A DNA stretch of 43,170 nt from Chiloscyllium plagiosum (GCF_004010195.1 NC_057752.1:11660273-11703442), one strand, 5' to 3'. Positions 12,277 to 24,375 are shown, numbered from the stretch's first letter. Notes: generated by a model from the letters alone, not told the origin. Made by a program: numbers and translations.

Positions 12277-13300
12277 ATAGACAATAGACAATAGGTGCAG
12301 GAGTGGGCCATTCAGCCCTTCAAGCCTGCACCGCCATTCAATATGATCATGGCTGATCATTCCTAATCAGTATCCTGTTCCTGCCTTATCTCCATAACCC
12401 TTGATTCCACAATCCTTGAGAGCTCTATCCAATTCTTTCTTAAATGAATCCAGAGAGTGGGCCTCCACTGCCCTCTGGGGCAGAGCATTCCACACAGCCA
12501 CCACTCTCTGGGTGAAGAAGTTCCTCCTGAGCTCTGTCCTAAATGGTCTACCCCATATTTTTAAGCTGTGTCCTCTGGTTCAGCACTCGCCCATCAGCGG
12601 AAACATGTTTCCTGCCTCCAGAGTGTCCAATCCTTTAATAATCTAATATGTCTCAATCAGATCCTCTCTCAATCTTCGAAACTCAAGGGTATACAAGCCC
12701 AGTCCCTTCAGTCTTTCAGTGTAAGGTAATCCCGCCATTCCAGGAATTGACCTCGTGAACCCACGCTGCACTCCCTCAAAAGCCAAAATGTCTTTCCTCA
12801 AATTTGAAGACCAGAACTGCACACAATATTCCAGGTGTGGTCTCACCAGGGCCCTGTACAGCTGCAGAAGGACCTCTTTGCTTCTATACTCAATCCCTCT
12901 TGTTATGAAGGCCAGCATGCTATTAGCCTTCTTCACTACCTGCTGTACCTGCATGCTTACCTTCATTGAGTGGTGTACAAGAACCCCCAGATCTCTCTGT
13001 ACTGCCCCTTTACCTAAATTGATTCAATTTAGGTAGTAATCTGCCTTCCTGTTCTTGCCACCAAAGTGGATAAGGATCCATTTATCCACGTGAAAGTGCA
13101 TCTGCCATGCATCTGAGCACTCACCTAACTTGTCCAGGTCACCCTGTAATCTCCTAACATCCTCATCACATTTCACCCTGCCACCCAGCTGATGAAATTT
13201 GCGAATGTTATTGCGAATACCATCTTGTATATCCTGAAGATAGATTGTAAAAAGCTGCGGTCCCAGTACTGATCCGTGCGGTACCCCACTGGTCAGTGCC
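12277..13300 (-). mobile_element. CR1 LINE 3' kilobase (RT to tail), catalytic FADD motif deleted
   Basis: Tail (agacaat)n at 12277. Reverse ORFs LVRPHLEYCVQFWS and GVPHGSVLGPQLFTIY..KF/HQLGG. Confidence 0.92.
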
Positions 13301-13602
13301 CGGCATTCCGAAATGGAGGGGTGGAGGAGTGTGGAAGGATGAGAGAATGCAGGCTGCAGCCCTATGAAGCAGGGGGAGGGCTTGCAGTTGGCCTGTGTGG
13401 GGATGTGGGAGACTACAGGAGCCTGGTGGGCAAGGGCTGGCCTGAAAGGCAGCTGGAGGGACGGAGGGAGGGAAGCACGCACGGAGGAGGAAGAGCAAAG
13501 AGAAAAGAGAAAAAAAAGCCAAAGGGGATAAAGAGAAAGAGCAAGAAAGAAAATGTGGCTGGCCAGCACGCCTTGAAGTAGGGAGAAAAGGCAGGGGCCA
13601 GC

Positions 13603-13722
13603 GCCTACGGCCATACTAGTCTGAAAACGCCAGATCTCGTCTGATCTCGGAAGCTAAGCAGACTCAGGCCTGGTTAGTACTTGGATGGGAGACCGCCTGG
13701 GAATACCAGGTGCAGTAGGCTT
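13603..13722 (+). rRNA. RNA5S: 5S rRNA gene (solitary copy)
   Basis: GCCTACGGCCATAC...GATCTCGTCTGATCTCGGAAGCTAAGCAG...GGTTAGTACTTGGATGGGAGACCGCCTGGGAATACCAGGTGCAGTAGGCTT, 120 nt. Helix I pairs the two ends, and AGUCUG/CAGACU forms helix II. Confidence 0.97.
13652..13699 (+). promoter_or_regulatory. 5S internal control region (box A, intermediate element, box C)
   Basis: AGCTAAGCAG at +50 and TGGATGGGAGACCGCCTG at +80, the canonical positions. Confidence 0.9.
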
Positions 13723-13725
13723 TTT
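13721..13725 (+). terminator. Pol III terminator (T5)
   Basis: TTTTT directly at the 5S 3' end. Confidence 0.9.
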
Positions 13726-13946
13726 CCGCCAGCAGTGGCTGCTCAAGTCACCCCTCTGCACTTGTCTTGTGCCAGGCAATGGAGCAGCAGGTTATTTTTG
13801 CTGCTGCTGCTGTGCCTGGCATCAGTCTCCTGCAGGCACGAGACACGGAGGGGAGGAGAGCGGAGCGCTGCCAAAATCAGCAAGAAAGGCGGAAAGAAAG
13901 GGATTGGGGCTGCACGCTGTCTGCGGGTGGCAGTCAGGAAAGGCGG

Positions 13947-14810
13947 ACAATAGACAATAGGTGCAGGAGTTGGCCATTCTGCCCTTCCAGCCTGCACCAC
14001 CATTCAATATGATCATGGCTGATCATCCTTAATCAGTATCCTGTTCCTGCCTTATCTCCATAACCCTTGATTCCACTATCCTTGAGAGCTCTATCCAACT
14101 CTTTCTTAAATGAATCCAGAGACTGGGCCTCCACTGCCCTCTGGGGCAGAGCATTCCACACAGCCACCACTCTCTGGGTGAAGAAGTTTCTCCTCATCTC
14201 TGTCCTAAAGTTCAGGTCCTTCAGCCACTGTTACCTCAGGGAGATTGCTTGTGTCTTCCCAAGTGAACACAGATCTGAAGTACCCATTTAATTCCTCTGC
14301 CATTTCTTTGTTCCTAGTAATATATTCCCCTGTTTCTGTCTTCAAGGGCCCAATCTTTGTCCTAACCATTTTTTTGCCTTGCACATACCTATAAAAGCTT
14401 TTACTATCCTCCTTAATTTTCTTGGCCAGTTTACCTTCGTACCTTATTTTTCCTCTGCGTATTTCCTTCTTAGAAATCCTCTGTTGCTCTTTAAAAGCTT
14501 CCCAGTCCTCAGTTTTCGCATTTATCTTAGCTATGTTATACCTTTTCTCTTTTAACTTTATATGTTTGTTTACTTCCCTCGTCAGCCACGGCCACCCATG
14601 TCTCCTCCTGGGATCTTTCTTCCTTTTAAGAATGAACTGATCCTGCAACTTCTGCATTATACACAGAAATATCCGCCATTGTTCCTCCACGGTCATCCCT
14701 GCTAAGGTATTGCACCATTGAACTTTGGCCAGCTCCTCCCTCATAGCTCCATAGTTCCCTTTATTCAACAGAAGTACTGTCACTTCCGACTGTACCCTCT
14801 CCCTCTCAAA
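13947..14810 (-). mobile_element. CR1 LINE (same subfamily as 12277) with the whole RT region deleted internally at ~14209
   Basis: The tail acaatagacaataggtgcaggagt and ~260 bp are near-identical to 12280-12543. The sequence then jumps to the ORF2 linker (ORF 14205-14822: PWLTREV..SKSFYRYV..MAEELNGYFRSVFT). Confidence 0.88.
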
Positions 14811-16010
14811 TTTCATTCCCACTCATATCAGACATTTCAACTCTGGGAAAAAGATTCTGACTGTCAACCCTATCTATGCACCTCATATTTTTATAGACTT
14901 CGATCAAGTCTCCCTTCAGCCACTGCTGCTCCAGCGAAAACAACACGAATATTTCTAGCCTCTGCTGATGGCTCATACCAGCATCCTGGTAAACCTTGTC
15001 TGCACCCTCTCCAAAGCCTCCACATTGATTCAGTAATGTGGCCAGCAGAATTGAATGCAATACTCTAACAGTGGCCAGACCAAAGTCTTATAAACATGCA
15101 ACATGATATTCTGACCCTTGTACTCATTACAAAGGCAAGCGTGCCATAGCCTTGTTTGCCACCCTACCTACTTGTGTGGCCATTGTCAGGGAGCTATGGA
15201 CCTGGACCATAAGATCCCTCTGTACATCAATGCTGTTCAGGCTCCTCCCATTAACTGTATACGTTTCCTTAACATTTGATCTCCGAAAGAGCAGCATCTC
15301 ACAGTGACCTGGATTCAACTCCATCTGCCATTTCTCCACCCATATCTGCAACTGCTCTCTCTGCCGCTGTATCCTTTGACAACCTTCAACACTATGCATA
15401 ACTTCATCAATCTTCACAATCACCTGATGAAGGAGCGTCGCTCCAAAAGCTAGTGTGCTTCCAATTAAACCTGTTGGACTATAACCTGGTGTTGTGTGAT
15501 TTTTAACTTTGTACACCCCAGTCCAACACCGGCATCTCCAATTCATCAATCTTTGTAATGTCTGCAAACTTACAAACGCCCTCATCTACATTTTCATCCA
15601 AGTCATTTATATATATCACAAACAGCAGAGGTCTCAGTCTGGATCCCTGTGGAACATCACTAGCCACGGATCTCCACCCTGAAAAACATCCTTCCACCAT
15701 TACCCTCTGTCTTCTATGGGCAAGCCAATTCTGAATCCACTCAGCCAGGTTACCATGGATCCCATGCATCTTAAACTTCTGGATGAGCCGACCTTGAGGG
15801 ACCTTATCAAAAACCTTACTAATGATGTAAACAGGATCCACAGCTCCACGCTCATTGATCACCTTTGTCACCTCCTCAAAAAATTCACTCCATATAGTAA
15901 GACATTACCTGCCCTACACAAAGTTATGCTGACTGTCCCTAATTATGCCATGCTATTCCAAATGCATGTAAATTCTATCCCTAAGAATTCTATCCAATTG
16001 CTTCCCAAAT
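14811..16010 (-). mobile_element. CR1 LINE RT/C-terminal fragment interrupted by a Penelope-derived insertion
   Basis: Reverse ORFs FDKVPQGRLI..WIQNWL..VPQGS..YINDLDE..KFAD, WQMELNP, LKGDLIEVYK. Confidence 0.85.
15415..15541 (+). mobile_element. Short Penelope-like (pLTR) insertion with 12 bp target-site duplication and a decayed hammerhead motif
   Basis: Flanked by ttcatcaatctt at 15403-15414 and 15542-15553. Same sequence as 32881-33005 and 39825-40035. Confidence 0.8.
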
Positions 16011-16319
16011 TCTCTCCAATAACTTCCCTTATCTATACTCCTATGACTTTATGAACCTCTCTATATTCTCATAAATATGTAAAGTATAAATTCCCCGGTG
16101 AGTTTGTCAGGCAATATTTCTGCAGTCAAGATTTCTGCTGTAAAAGGAGATGACACCAACCTGATGGGCCAAAGGGTCTCTTCTGTGCTGAATGAGTCGA
16201 CAATTCTTGAGACTCAATTCGATCCTCAACAACAGCTGAGTCTTTTACTTAACATCCAGCTGCAAACTGCCTGAAATATACGGCACAACCATTCCCTGTG
16301 ACACAGGGCATGGCAGGGC

Positions 16320-16575
16320 CAAATGATGACCTGGTGGTATTGTCATTAAGCCTGAAATCCAGTAAATGCTCTGGGACATGGGTTCAAATCCTGCTATGGC
16401 AAATGGTGGAGCATGAGCTCAATAGAAAATCTGGAATTATGAATCAAATCTTGATCATGAAGCATTTCCTTACTGTTTGGGGAAAACCCATCTGGTTTGT
16501 TAAAGTAATTTGGGGAAGGAGACAGCTATCCTTACCTGATATAGCCGACATGTGACTCCAGACCCACAGCCAGAA
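16320..16575 (+). mobile_element. tRNA-like SINE or LINE 5' head (second family), degraded
   Basis: Box B-like ggttcaaatcc; aaaacccatctggtt..ggaagga..ccttacctg..atgtgactccagacccacagc. Similar to the reverse of 34905-35265. Confidence 0.55.
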
Positions 16576-16749
16576 AGTGTTTATCTCAAAATTGACAACA
16601 AACAGTGACTTGCTGCATGAAAATGAAGCCATTTATGATCACTAGAAAAGAATATCAAATAGAGAAACCCTAATCTTTGCAGACAGTTGTGGTCCAAATC
16701 CAGACAGAATCAAGTGACGGTTAAAGACATAAATCTTTACTTTTTTCAG

Positions 16750-17440
16750 ATATTCACCTGTGGGACGTGGGGGTTGCTGGCTGGGCCCAGCACTTACTGT
16801 CCATCTATAGTTGCCCCTGAGAAGGTGATGGTGAGCAGCCTTCCTGAACTGCTGTAGTCCATGTGCTGTATGTTGACACACAATTCCTCCAGGAATTTAA
16901 CTCAATGACAGTGAAGGAACGGCGATATATTTCCAAGTCAGGATGGTGAGTGGCTTGGAGGGGAACTTGCAGAGGGTAGTGTTCTCATGAATCTGCTGTC
17001 CTTATCCTTCTAGATGGAAGTGGTGATGGGTTTGGAAGGTGCTGTCTGAGGAGTCTTGGTGAATTTCTGCAGTGCATCTTGTAAATGGTATACACTGCTG
17101 CTACTGAGCGTCAATTGTGGAGAGTGTGGATGCTTGTGGATGTGGTGCCAATCAAGCGGGCTGCATTGTCCTGGATGGTGTCAAGCTTCTTGGAGCTTTT
17201 GTTGGAGCTGCCCCCATCCAGGCAAGTGAATTGCAAGCTATTAGAGAGCACCTTGATGAATTTCTGCAGTACATGTTGCAGATGGTACATACTAAATGTC
17301 GGTGGTGGAGAGAGTGCATGCTCATGGATGTAGTACCAATCAAGAGGGCTGTTTTGTCCTGGATGGTGTCAAGCATCTTGAGTGTTTTTTGGGGGGAAGC
17401 TGCACCTATCCAAGCAAATCAATTGCAAGCTCTTGGAGAG
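16750..17440 (-). mobile_element. 3' end of a CR1/L2-group LINE containing a diverged ~195 bp tandem duplication
   Basis: The terminal motif (reverse of ctggctgggcccagcacttactgtccatc) also occurs at 12035-12065. Copies at 17051-17248 and 17249-17440. Confidence 0.6.
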
Positions 17441-17498
17441 AAATTCAAATTTAGGAACATCAATCTCTCAATCTTGCTGTTAATATTCAGCTACAGGG

Positions 17499-18105
17499 TG
17501 TTAATACTATGGCTTTAAGAGGTCTAATTTGCCCTTTATTTTACGAAAAGAGGTTAAGGCAGAGATGCAGAGTGGAATGCTCCAAGCCAATAAAGGAAAC
17601 GGTTTGTGAGGCTCTCATGTTTTTTAAAGTAGGAACAATAGAAGCAGCCTGAAGGGGTGGGGTCAAGCTCCCACAGAACACGGATTTTCATTTCACTTTC
17701 AGGAACTGTTGGGGTTTGCAAGCTGCTACACATCTCTCACTGCTACAGCAAAATGCTTGAGTTCTCTTTCGCTCTCTCTCTCCCTCAGAGTTTTCTCTTG
17801 ATGTTCTTTTCTCCTGGGTTGGAGAATTGCATGTGAGACAATCTATTTCACTGAATGTGCCTTTGCCAAGGGTGTGTTTATGGGATGTTACAACATAGGA
17901 ACAGTTGTGGTTGAGGAGTCAAATCATGTATTATTCTGTTCAGTTTTGCAACAGAGTAAAGTTATCCCAATTCCTTTTTTTTATTGCATTTAACTGTAGT
18001 GTAGGAAGAAAGTTTGCTTCAAACCTGGTAGTCTGACCAATCGAATTGCACTTGGAACACAACGCCTTACGTTTACCTTTGAAAATAAGAAAAGGTTGGT
18101 TAACA
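17499..18105 (+). mobile_element. Candidate solo LTR
   Basis: TGTTAA...TTAACA termini ~600 bp apart. Shares gct(t)..aaacctggtagtc with the Gypsy LTR at ~32420. No clear TSD. Confidence 0.4.
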
Positions 18106-19753
18106 GAGAATGAGATTAATTTCTGCATCATTTTCACAGAAACATATGGAGCTGACTGCAACTATTTCAGAACTCAAAGTGGCACCTGTCCTAGAACAAC
18201 TTCGTGGAGTCGGCCGGAGTTATTGATGGCTCAGAGTGAAAGGAAGTCCATGAGGATAACAGACGGCAGTGGGTGGGGGGCTACTGTTTATTGCATAACA
18301 CCCACGTGTATGTCCGGAAGCTGGGGCCTCCAAGGGACCTCAGTCAGCATGAACATGATACTGCAGCTTGAATGGCTAGAGATGGTACAGAGAAAGGTGC
18401 GGAAAAGAAGGTCTGAGGAGGTAATTTCGCATACAGTGTCACCGATATCTTTCTGAACAGGAGAGGCATGAGGGTGAGAAGGTGGGACCTTCATTTCAAA
18501 AATAACGAATGAATGGAAATGCTAACACAGCCAGTGCAGGAATGGAGCCCACATTGCTGGTATCAATCTGTGTTACAAACCAGCCATCCAGCCAGTCGAG
18601 CTAACCAAGCTCCTGCCCCAGCAGCAGCATTTCAGTCCCTCCATTCCCTGGAATCAGTGAGTGAAACACCTCTGGACTGCCTTCAATGCCAGTTTCTCTT
18701 TCCTGAGAAAAGAACCAGAGGTTGGTCAGCACCAGTTCTGTTGAGTTGCGAAAGGCACAGTGCAAGCTCATCTTCTTCTTGTTTGCAGATAACAGAGCCT
18801 TGTGTCTGGCACTGAGTAACACGTTGTACACAACAACCTGGCACACAACATGTGAGCCTGATTGATTCATTCCTTATGGAAATTAGGACCAACCTGCCAG
18901 GTTTACAGTTTAAATAAGGCCTGGCTGTGAACTGACAAATAGCATTAATTGGCTCATTCTCAATGGCACCGTTGAATGAAGGAGTTGCTTTCGCTATTTT
19001 CCAAACAAAATGAACCCTTCATGAATTTAGTGAATTTTGGAAAATTAAAACAAATACATCAACTGTCTGACAAGCTATTTCTTTTCAGACCCGAGGATGA
19101 AATCTATCGGATGTGGGTAATTGTCAACTCACAATTCCAACAATTTACTCAGCAATATTTACCCGGTAATTATAATTTTCTTGAGTTTCTTCCTCCCTAA
19201 CAACTGCTGATTTTTAGTTATTTCCAGGATGAGACTTGCAATCTCCCTTGCAAAAAAAAATGCATAATATCTGCTTGATTCATCAGCCATCTCTTTATCA
19301 TCTTTTTACGAACTCCCCAGACTCATTTTCTGTCGACCAACAGTTACTCTGTTAACTCCTTTCTTTTTGAAATGTCTGGAGAATCTTTACCTCCCTTTTT
19401 TCATGTCTTTGGCTAACTTTTCCTTGTACTCTTATGTTTTCCGGCATATTAATCTTTGGGTAATTCTCTCCTTTTTTATTTCAGCTATCCAATTTTCTGA
19501 CATGCCATCTATCTCAGCACAACGATATGTCTTTCCTTTGAGTTTAAAAATATCTTTAACTTCTTTAGTTGACCACAGGTGGCAAGTGCTCGGCTTCAGT
19601 CAGATGTTCTGTATCCATTGGGTGGAGTCGTGACTGCAAGAGTGTGATCTAATTGCATGTCTGTTCTCAGTTGCAGGGTCTGTATGAGTTGGAGAAGGTG
19701 TTTCAGTTATGTATTGTACTGTGTATTATCTCAGATTATACTGAAGTCAGCCA

Positions 19754-20095
19754 GTAGCATGCTCAGTGGTTAGCACTGCTGCCTCACAGCACTAGGGACC
19801 GGGTTTCATTTGCACCCTCAGTCAACTATTGGTATGGAGTTTTCATGTTCCCCCCGTGTCTGCATGGGCTTCCACTGGGTGTTCCAGTTTCCTCACACAG
19901 TCCAAACATGTACAGGTTAGGGTGGCTGGGACACGCTAAACTACCCCGAGTGTTCAGGTGTGTGTCAGTTAGATGCAGTAGCAATGGGAAATGTAGGGTA
20001 ACAGGGAAAAGGATGGGTTTATATGGAGTATCTTCGATAGGGCAGTGAACTTGTTGGGCCAAATGGCCTGTTTCCCCCATTGTATGGATTCTATT
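19754..20095 (+). mobile_element. HE1/V-SINE-type SINE, older copy
   Basis: gctcagtggttagcactgctgcctcacagc; core ggagttttcatgttcccccgtgtctgcatggg. Confidence 0.8.
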
Positions 20096-20862
20096 GAATA
20101 TGAGCTCCCTGATTGGAACTGTAAATCTGTTCCAATCAGGGAGACCTGGCTGACATAAAAGGATGAAAGTCAGGAATGTTTTCCCCTTCACCCCGCTTCC
20201 CCCCCCCCCCCCCCCCCAAGTGACTGGTAGTGCAATTGTCAACGTCTGTGCACTTGTTAACAAAGGATGATTGGTGATGGGATGCCGGTCTCTGAAGAGT
20301 TATTTCCGTTTGGAGGGTATACATCAATTTGAGGGTCTATATCTGTGCAAGGTTCATTATTAGTGGGCAGGTCTGCATCACTTCGAGACTCTGTGTTCTT
20401 GAAACAGCTCAATCAGTTGCACCAGTGTGTATGGGTTGGATACTCAATATCATTTGCAGTGTCTGTGTCAGTTGTGGAGTCTCTGCCAGTTGTGGGTTGT
20501 GTATCAGACGTGGGGTCAACATTTCTTGTGTATGAGGTCGAGAGAGCGGGGTGGGGGGGGGGCAGGTAATGTAATGTGTGGAGAGCAACATTTCTGGCAA
20601 AATACTGCCTCTACTTTCTTCTTGCATAATTCCTGCAATCTGACTTGTGCAATTTGGTCTCAATGTTGAATGCATTCTATTTGCAAAGGGAATTAACTCA
20701 TTGGTGTAATCTGTTCAAATGAGAAAAAAAAGACTAACTGATGTTGCAATCTCAGTATTCCCCAGGTGACCCACAGGATAGACATTAAAGGCTTAGAGAG
20801 TGTGTTACCTCAGTGTGGACTCAGAGTATTAACTCAGTGAGTGTCTGCAGTACACAGTGGAA

Positions 20863-20929
20863 ATGTATCGGCCGATTGAGCATGTCCAGAAACTTTATTA
20901 CACGGTTCTTGCTGTTATAGGTGTTCCTG
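20863..20929 (+). CDS. Orphan GPR139/GPR142-like GPCR, coding exon 1 (MYRPIEHVQKLYYTVLAVIGVP)
   Basis: ATG at 20863 and TM1 start YY.VLAVIGVP. The phase-1 donor CCTG|GTGAGT joins the acceptor at 28050 in frame to give GVPVNL. Confidence 0.85.
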
Positions 20930-21384
20930 GTGAGTAACTCAAAGCATTGAGGCTGTAGAAATCTGTGTGTGAGGTGCTTTCTGCTTTCACTTTGAGACTG
21001 AGACTATAAGATATGGGTCTGATGCTCACCAAACTCCTGACAGAAAATGACTGACACAATTGCATTGACGGAAAAGTGCTGAAATGACTATGCAGTTTGA
21101 TCCTAATGCTTTAACTGTGAACAATCCTCTGTCTGGACCTGAGGAAGGTGTGTATGGGAGCCAGAGTTTTAATCCACATTATGATAAATTAATGGAAGAA
21201 TGTGTCAGTGCAGAAGTGTACTGGATGCAGGTCAGTCACTCTAATGAATTAAACTGGCTCAACTTTGACATCAAGTTTTATTTTCATGCTAAAATCCATT
21301 CACTTGGTCTACCATTGTATTTTATCAGCACTATATACAGTATTAAGCATAGCTTTGCTGCCGAGATTACAGATGAATTTACAA

Positions 21385-22180
21385 ACTAGATTCAAGAGAA
21401 GGCTTGTACCCTTCAAATCAGCTCCCCCCATTGACTACCATCATGCCTGATCTGATTGTCACCTTAAATCCACCAATCCCTGACAATCCTTGACTTCTGT
21501 TCCGGCCAAATATTCATGCCCCTCTACTCTAAACAATACTCGAAGACTCTGCCTCCACAGGCTTTTCAGGATGAGAGTACCAACCACTGACAGCCATCTT
21601 TGATTTAAAAAAAATCCGCCTAATCTGTCCTTAAAATGAGCCACCCATTATTTTTGAAACATTTCCCTCTACTTCAAGGTTGTCCCACCAATGAGAATGT
21701 TCTCTTGATAGCCAACCTGTCATGACGCGACAAGTTCTTGTGTGTTTGAAGCGAGTCGCTTCTTAGATTTCTAAACTCCAGCAGATGCAAACCTAACCTT
21801 CTCAAACACGTATATCACAGGACAACCTGCCCATTCTAGCTTTTAGTACATATGAAACTGCTTCTAACACAGTTATATCCATCTATAGATGTGGTGACCA
21901 ATATCATACATCGTCATCCCACCGTATTTACCGAAGCAGAACGTTCTTATTTTTGTAAAAAAAAATTTCCTGTGCAATTAGCAACGTAGGTCCCTCTCTT
22001 CATCCATATCATTTACATGAGCTGCAAAATGTTGTGGCCCCATTACTTATCAGAGTGACTTATTACTCAGTACATCTTGCTAACCAGAAAGTGTCTCATC
22101 ATCCTTAATTTCTGCTCTGGGTAAGCCATACAAACCTGTCAAATAGCAGTGCATTTCCTCCGACACCATGAACTTGTACT
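21385..22180 (-). mobile_element. Old degraded CR1 3' fragment (intronic)
   Basis: The reverse strand resembles the CR1 C-terminus and tail (e.g. ORF 21459-21644 FFLNQRWLSVVG). Confidence 0.55.
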
Positions 22181-22324
22181 TTGAGATATCAATTGCTATA
22201 TATCTTATATTTTGCAGTCCTGTTCCTGTCCTTTCACTGTTCTATTGACTGTTCTTTCTGTTTGGATTTGAGTGCCAATGTTGAAAATGTCTTTCTGCAT
22301 AAACATTTAACATTGCTTCTGCAA

Positions 22325-23550
22325 ATTCCACTTTTGGAATACTGCGTACGATTCTGGTCACTCTTCTACAGGAAGGATGTTAACAGAACATAGGACAGTA
22401 CAGTATAGGGGTAGGCCTTTTGGCCCATATTGTTGTGCTGAACATGACACTAAATTAAACTAATCTCTTCTGCCTGCCCTTGGTCCATTTGCCTCCAGGC
22501 CATCCATGTTGATGTGGTTATCCAGAAGCCCCTTAAACACCCCGATTGCGTCTGCCTCCACCACCAACCCTGGCAGCACAGCCCAAACACTTACCACTCT
22601 ATATAAATAACTTGCCCCTCACGTCTCCTTTGAACTTTTTGCCCTCTCATCTTAAATGCTTACCATCTGGTAATAGACATTTCAACTCTGGGAAAAAAGA
22701 TTATGACTGTTAACCCTAGCTACGCATTTCGTGATTTTATAAACTTCTATCAAGTCTCCCTTAAGTCTCCGCTGCTCCAAAGAAAACAACTGGAGTTTTT
22801 CTAGCCTCTCCTAACAGCTCATACCCTCTAATCCAGGCAGTGTCCTGGTAAACCTCTTCTGCATCTTCTCTAAAGCCTCCACATCTTTTCTCCATCCTGA
22901 CTCTTGTACTCAATGCACCAAACAATAAAAGCAAATGTGCCATACAGCTTTTTTTCAACCACTCTACATACTTGTGTGGCCAATTTCAGGGAGCTATGGA
23001 CTTGAACCCCAAGTTCCTCTGTACATCAGTGCTGTTCAGGGTCCTGTCATTCAACCTGTTGTTTTACTTGAAAGAGAGCAGAAAACATTTACAAGGATGT
23101 TGCCTGGTGTGGAGTGTTTGAGTTATAGCTGCACAGGCTGGGATTTTCTTTGCCTGGAATGTTCGGAGGCTGAAGGGATGACCTTATAGAGGTTTATAAA
23201 ATCATGAGGGGTATGGATACAGTGAATAGCAAAGGTCTTTTTCCCATGGTGGGAAAGTCAAAAACTAGAGGACAAAGGATTAAGGTGACAGGGCAAAGAC
23301 TTAAAAATGACCTGTGGGTTAATTTGTTCATGCAGACGGTGGTGCGTGTATGGAATAAGATGCCAGGGAAGTAGCAGAGGCTGGTATAATTGCAACGTTT
23401 AAAAACCATCTGGATGTATATATGAACCGGAAGCGTTCAGAGGGCTGAGCCAAATGTTGGCAAATGGGACTAAGTCAGATTGTGTTGTCTGGTCAGCACA
23501 GATGATTTGGACCGAAGGGTCAGTTTCCATTTTGTATGAATCTATGTCTG
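22325..23550 (+). mobile_element. CR1 3' fragment with a reverse-strand CR1 nested at ~22383-23057
   Basis: LLEYCVRFWSLFYRKDV breaks at 22382 and resumes as VLLEREQKTFTRMLPG at ~23058. The insert starts with a reverse tail, acagaacataggacagtacag. Confidence 0.8.
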
Positions 23551-23949
23551 TAAGTGGTGAAATACAAATCTGTATCATCAACAATTTCTGATAATTCATG
23601 AGTACTTCAGTAAGGTCAATCTAATTTTATTTTGCTTGTTAAAATATGGCGCTGACCATTTGTTATTCCATTCTGTGTTTCTAGATTCTGTTTTCCTCAT
23701 GTCAGTTGTGATTCCATAGAATCAGAGAGAAGGTACAATGCAGTCAGTAGCTATCCAACCTGCATCCCACATAATGTGACATTCTAGCTGCTGCCTCCTT
23801 AACTTTGCGGATTACCACTCTTCAGGTGAAGTCCCAGTGCCCTCGGAAACTGCTTGGGTTGCTCCACCTCAATCACCAAACGTGGCATCGGGTTCCAGAT
23901 CCCCAGCACCTTCTGGGTGAACCAAACAAGGAGCTGTGGATGTTGAAAA

Positions 23950-24375
23950 ACTGAAACAAAAGCAGACAACGTCGGTGAAACTCAGCAGCTCTCTGGCTAT
24001 ATCTGTGGAGAGAGAAACAAAGTTGACGTCTTGAGTCTAGTGACCCTACTTCAGAACTGATAGTAGCTAGAAATAGGTAGTACATATGTTAATGAAAGGG
24101 GAATGGGGTGGGGAAGGAGTGAGTGGTTAGGCAGAGAGCCAGGCCAGAGAGTGAGAACAGCAGTTAGTCAGACAAAGGGATGGTTGATAGTGAGCCTGGA
24201 AGGATAAAGGCAGGCGGTAAGGAGAATGAGTCAGTGAGAATGGTGTGGCTATGCTGAGAACAGCCCATGTAATCACAGGGCTTGGGGTGCAGGGTCTGGG
24301 GTAAAGGCCATGGAAGGAGGTTGTCAGGATCAAAGATGGTGAAACTTGATGTTGAGTCCTGCAGGCTAAGTTGAA
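23950..24375 (-). mobile_element. Penelope-like element 3' end remnant
   Basis: Reverse similarity to 38440-38790, including a decayed ctgaag..gggtcact.gactc motif. Confidence 0.65.

Noticed and set aside
13024..14016. Several 64-196 aa ORFs overlapping the 5S locus
   Set aside because: They arise from GC-rich, stop-poor spacer, the 5S gene and CR1 sequence, with no coherent protein signature.
18150..18960. Cluster of ORFs on both strands in moderately GC-rich sequence
   Set aside because: No recognisable domain or splice structure; possibly an old transposon remnant, but I cannot support an assignment.
20198..20217. Poly-C run (also at ~38936)
   Set aside because: Simple homopolymer with no supporting context; its length is error-prone.
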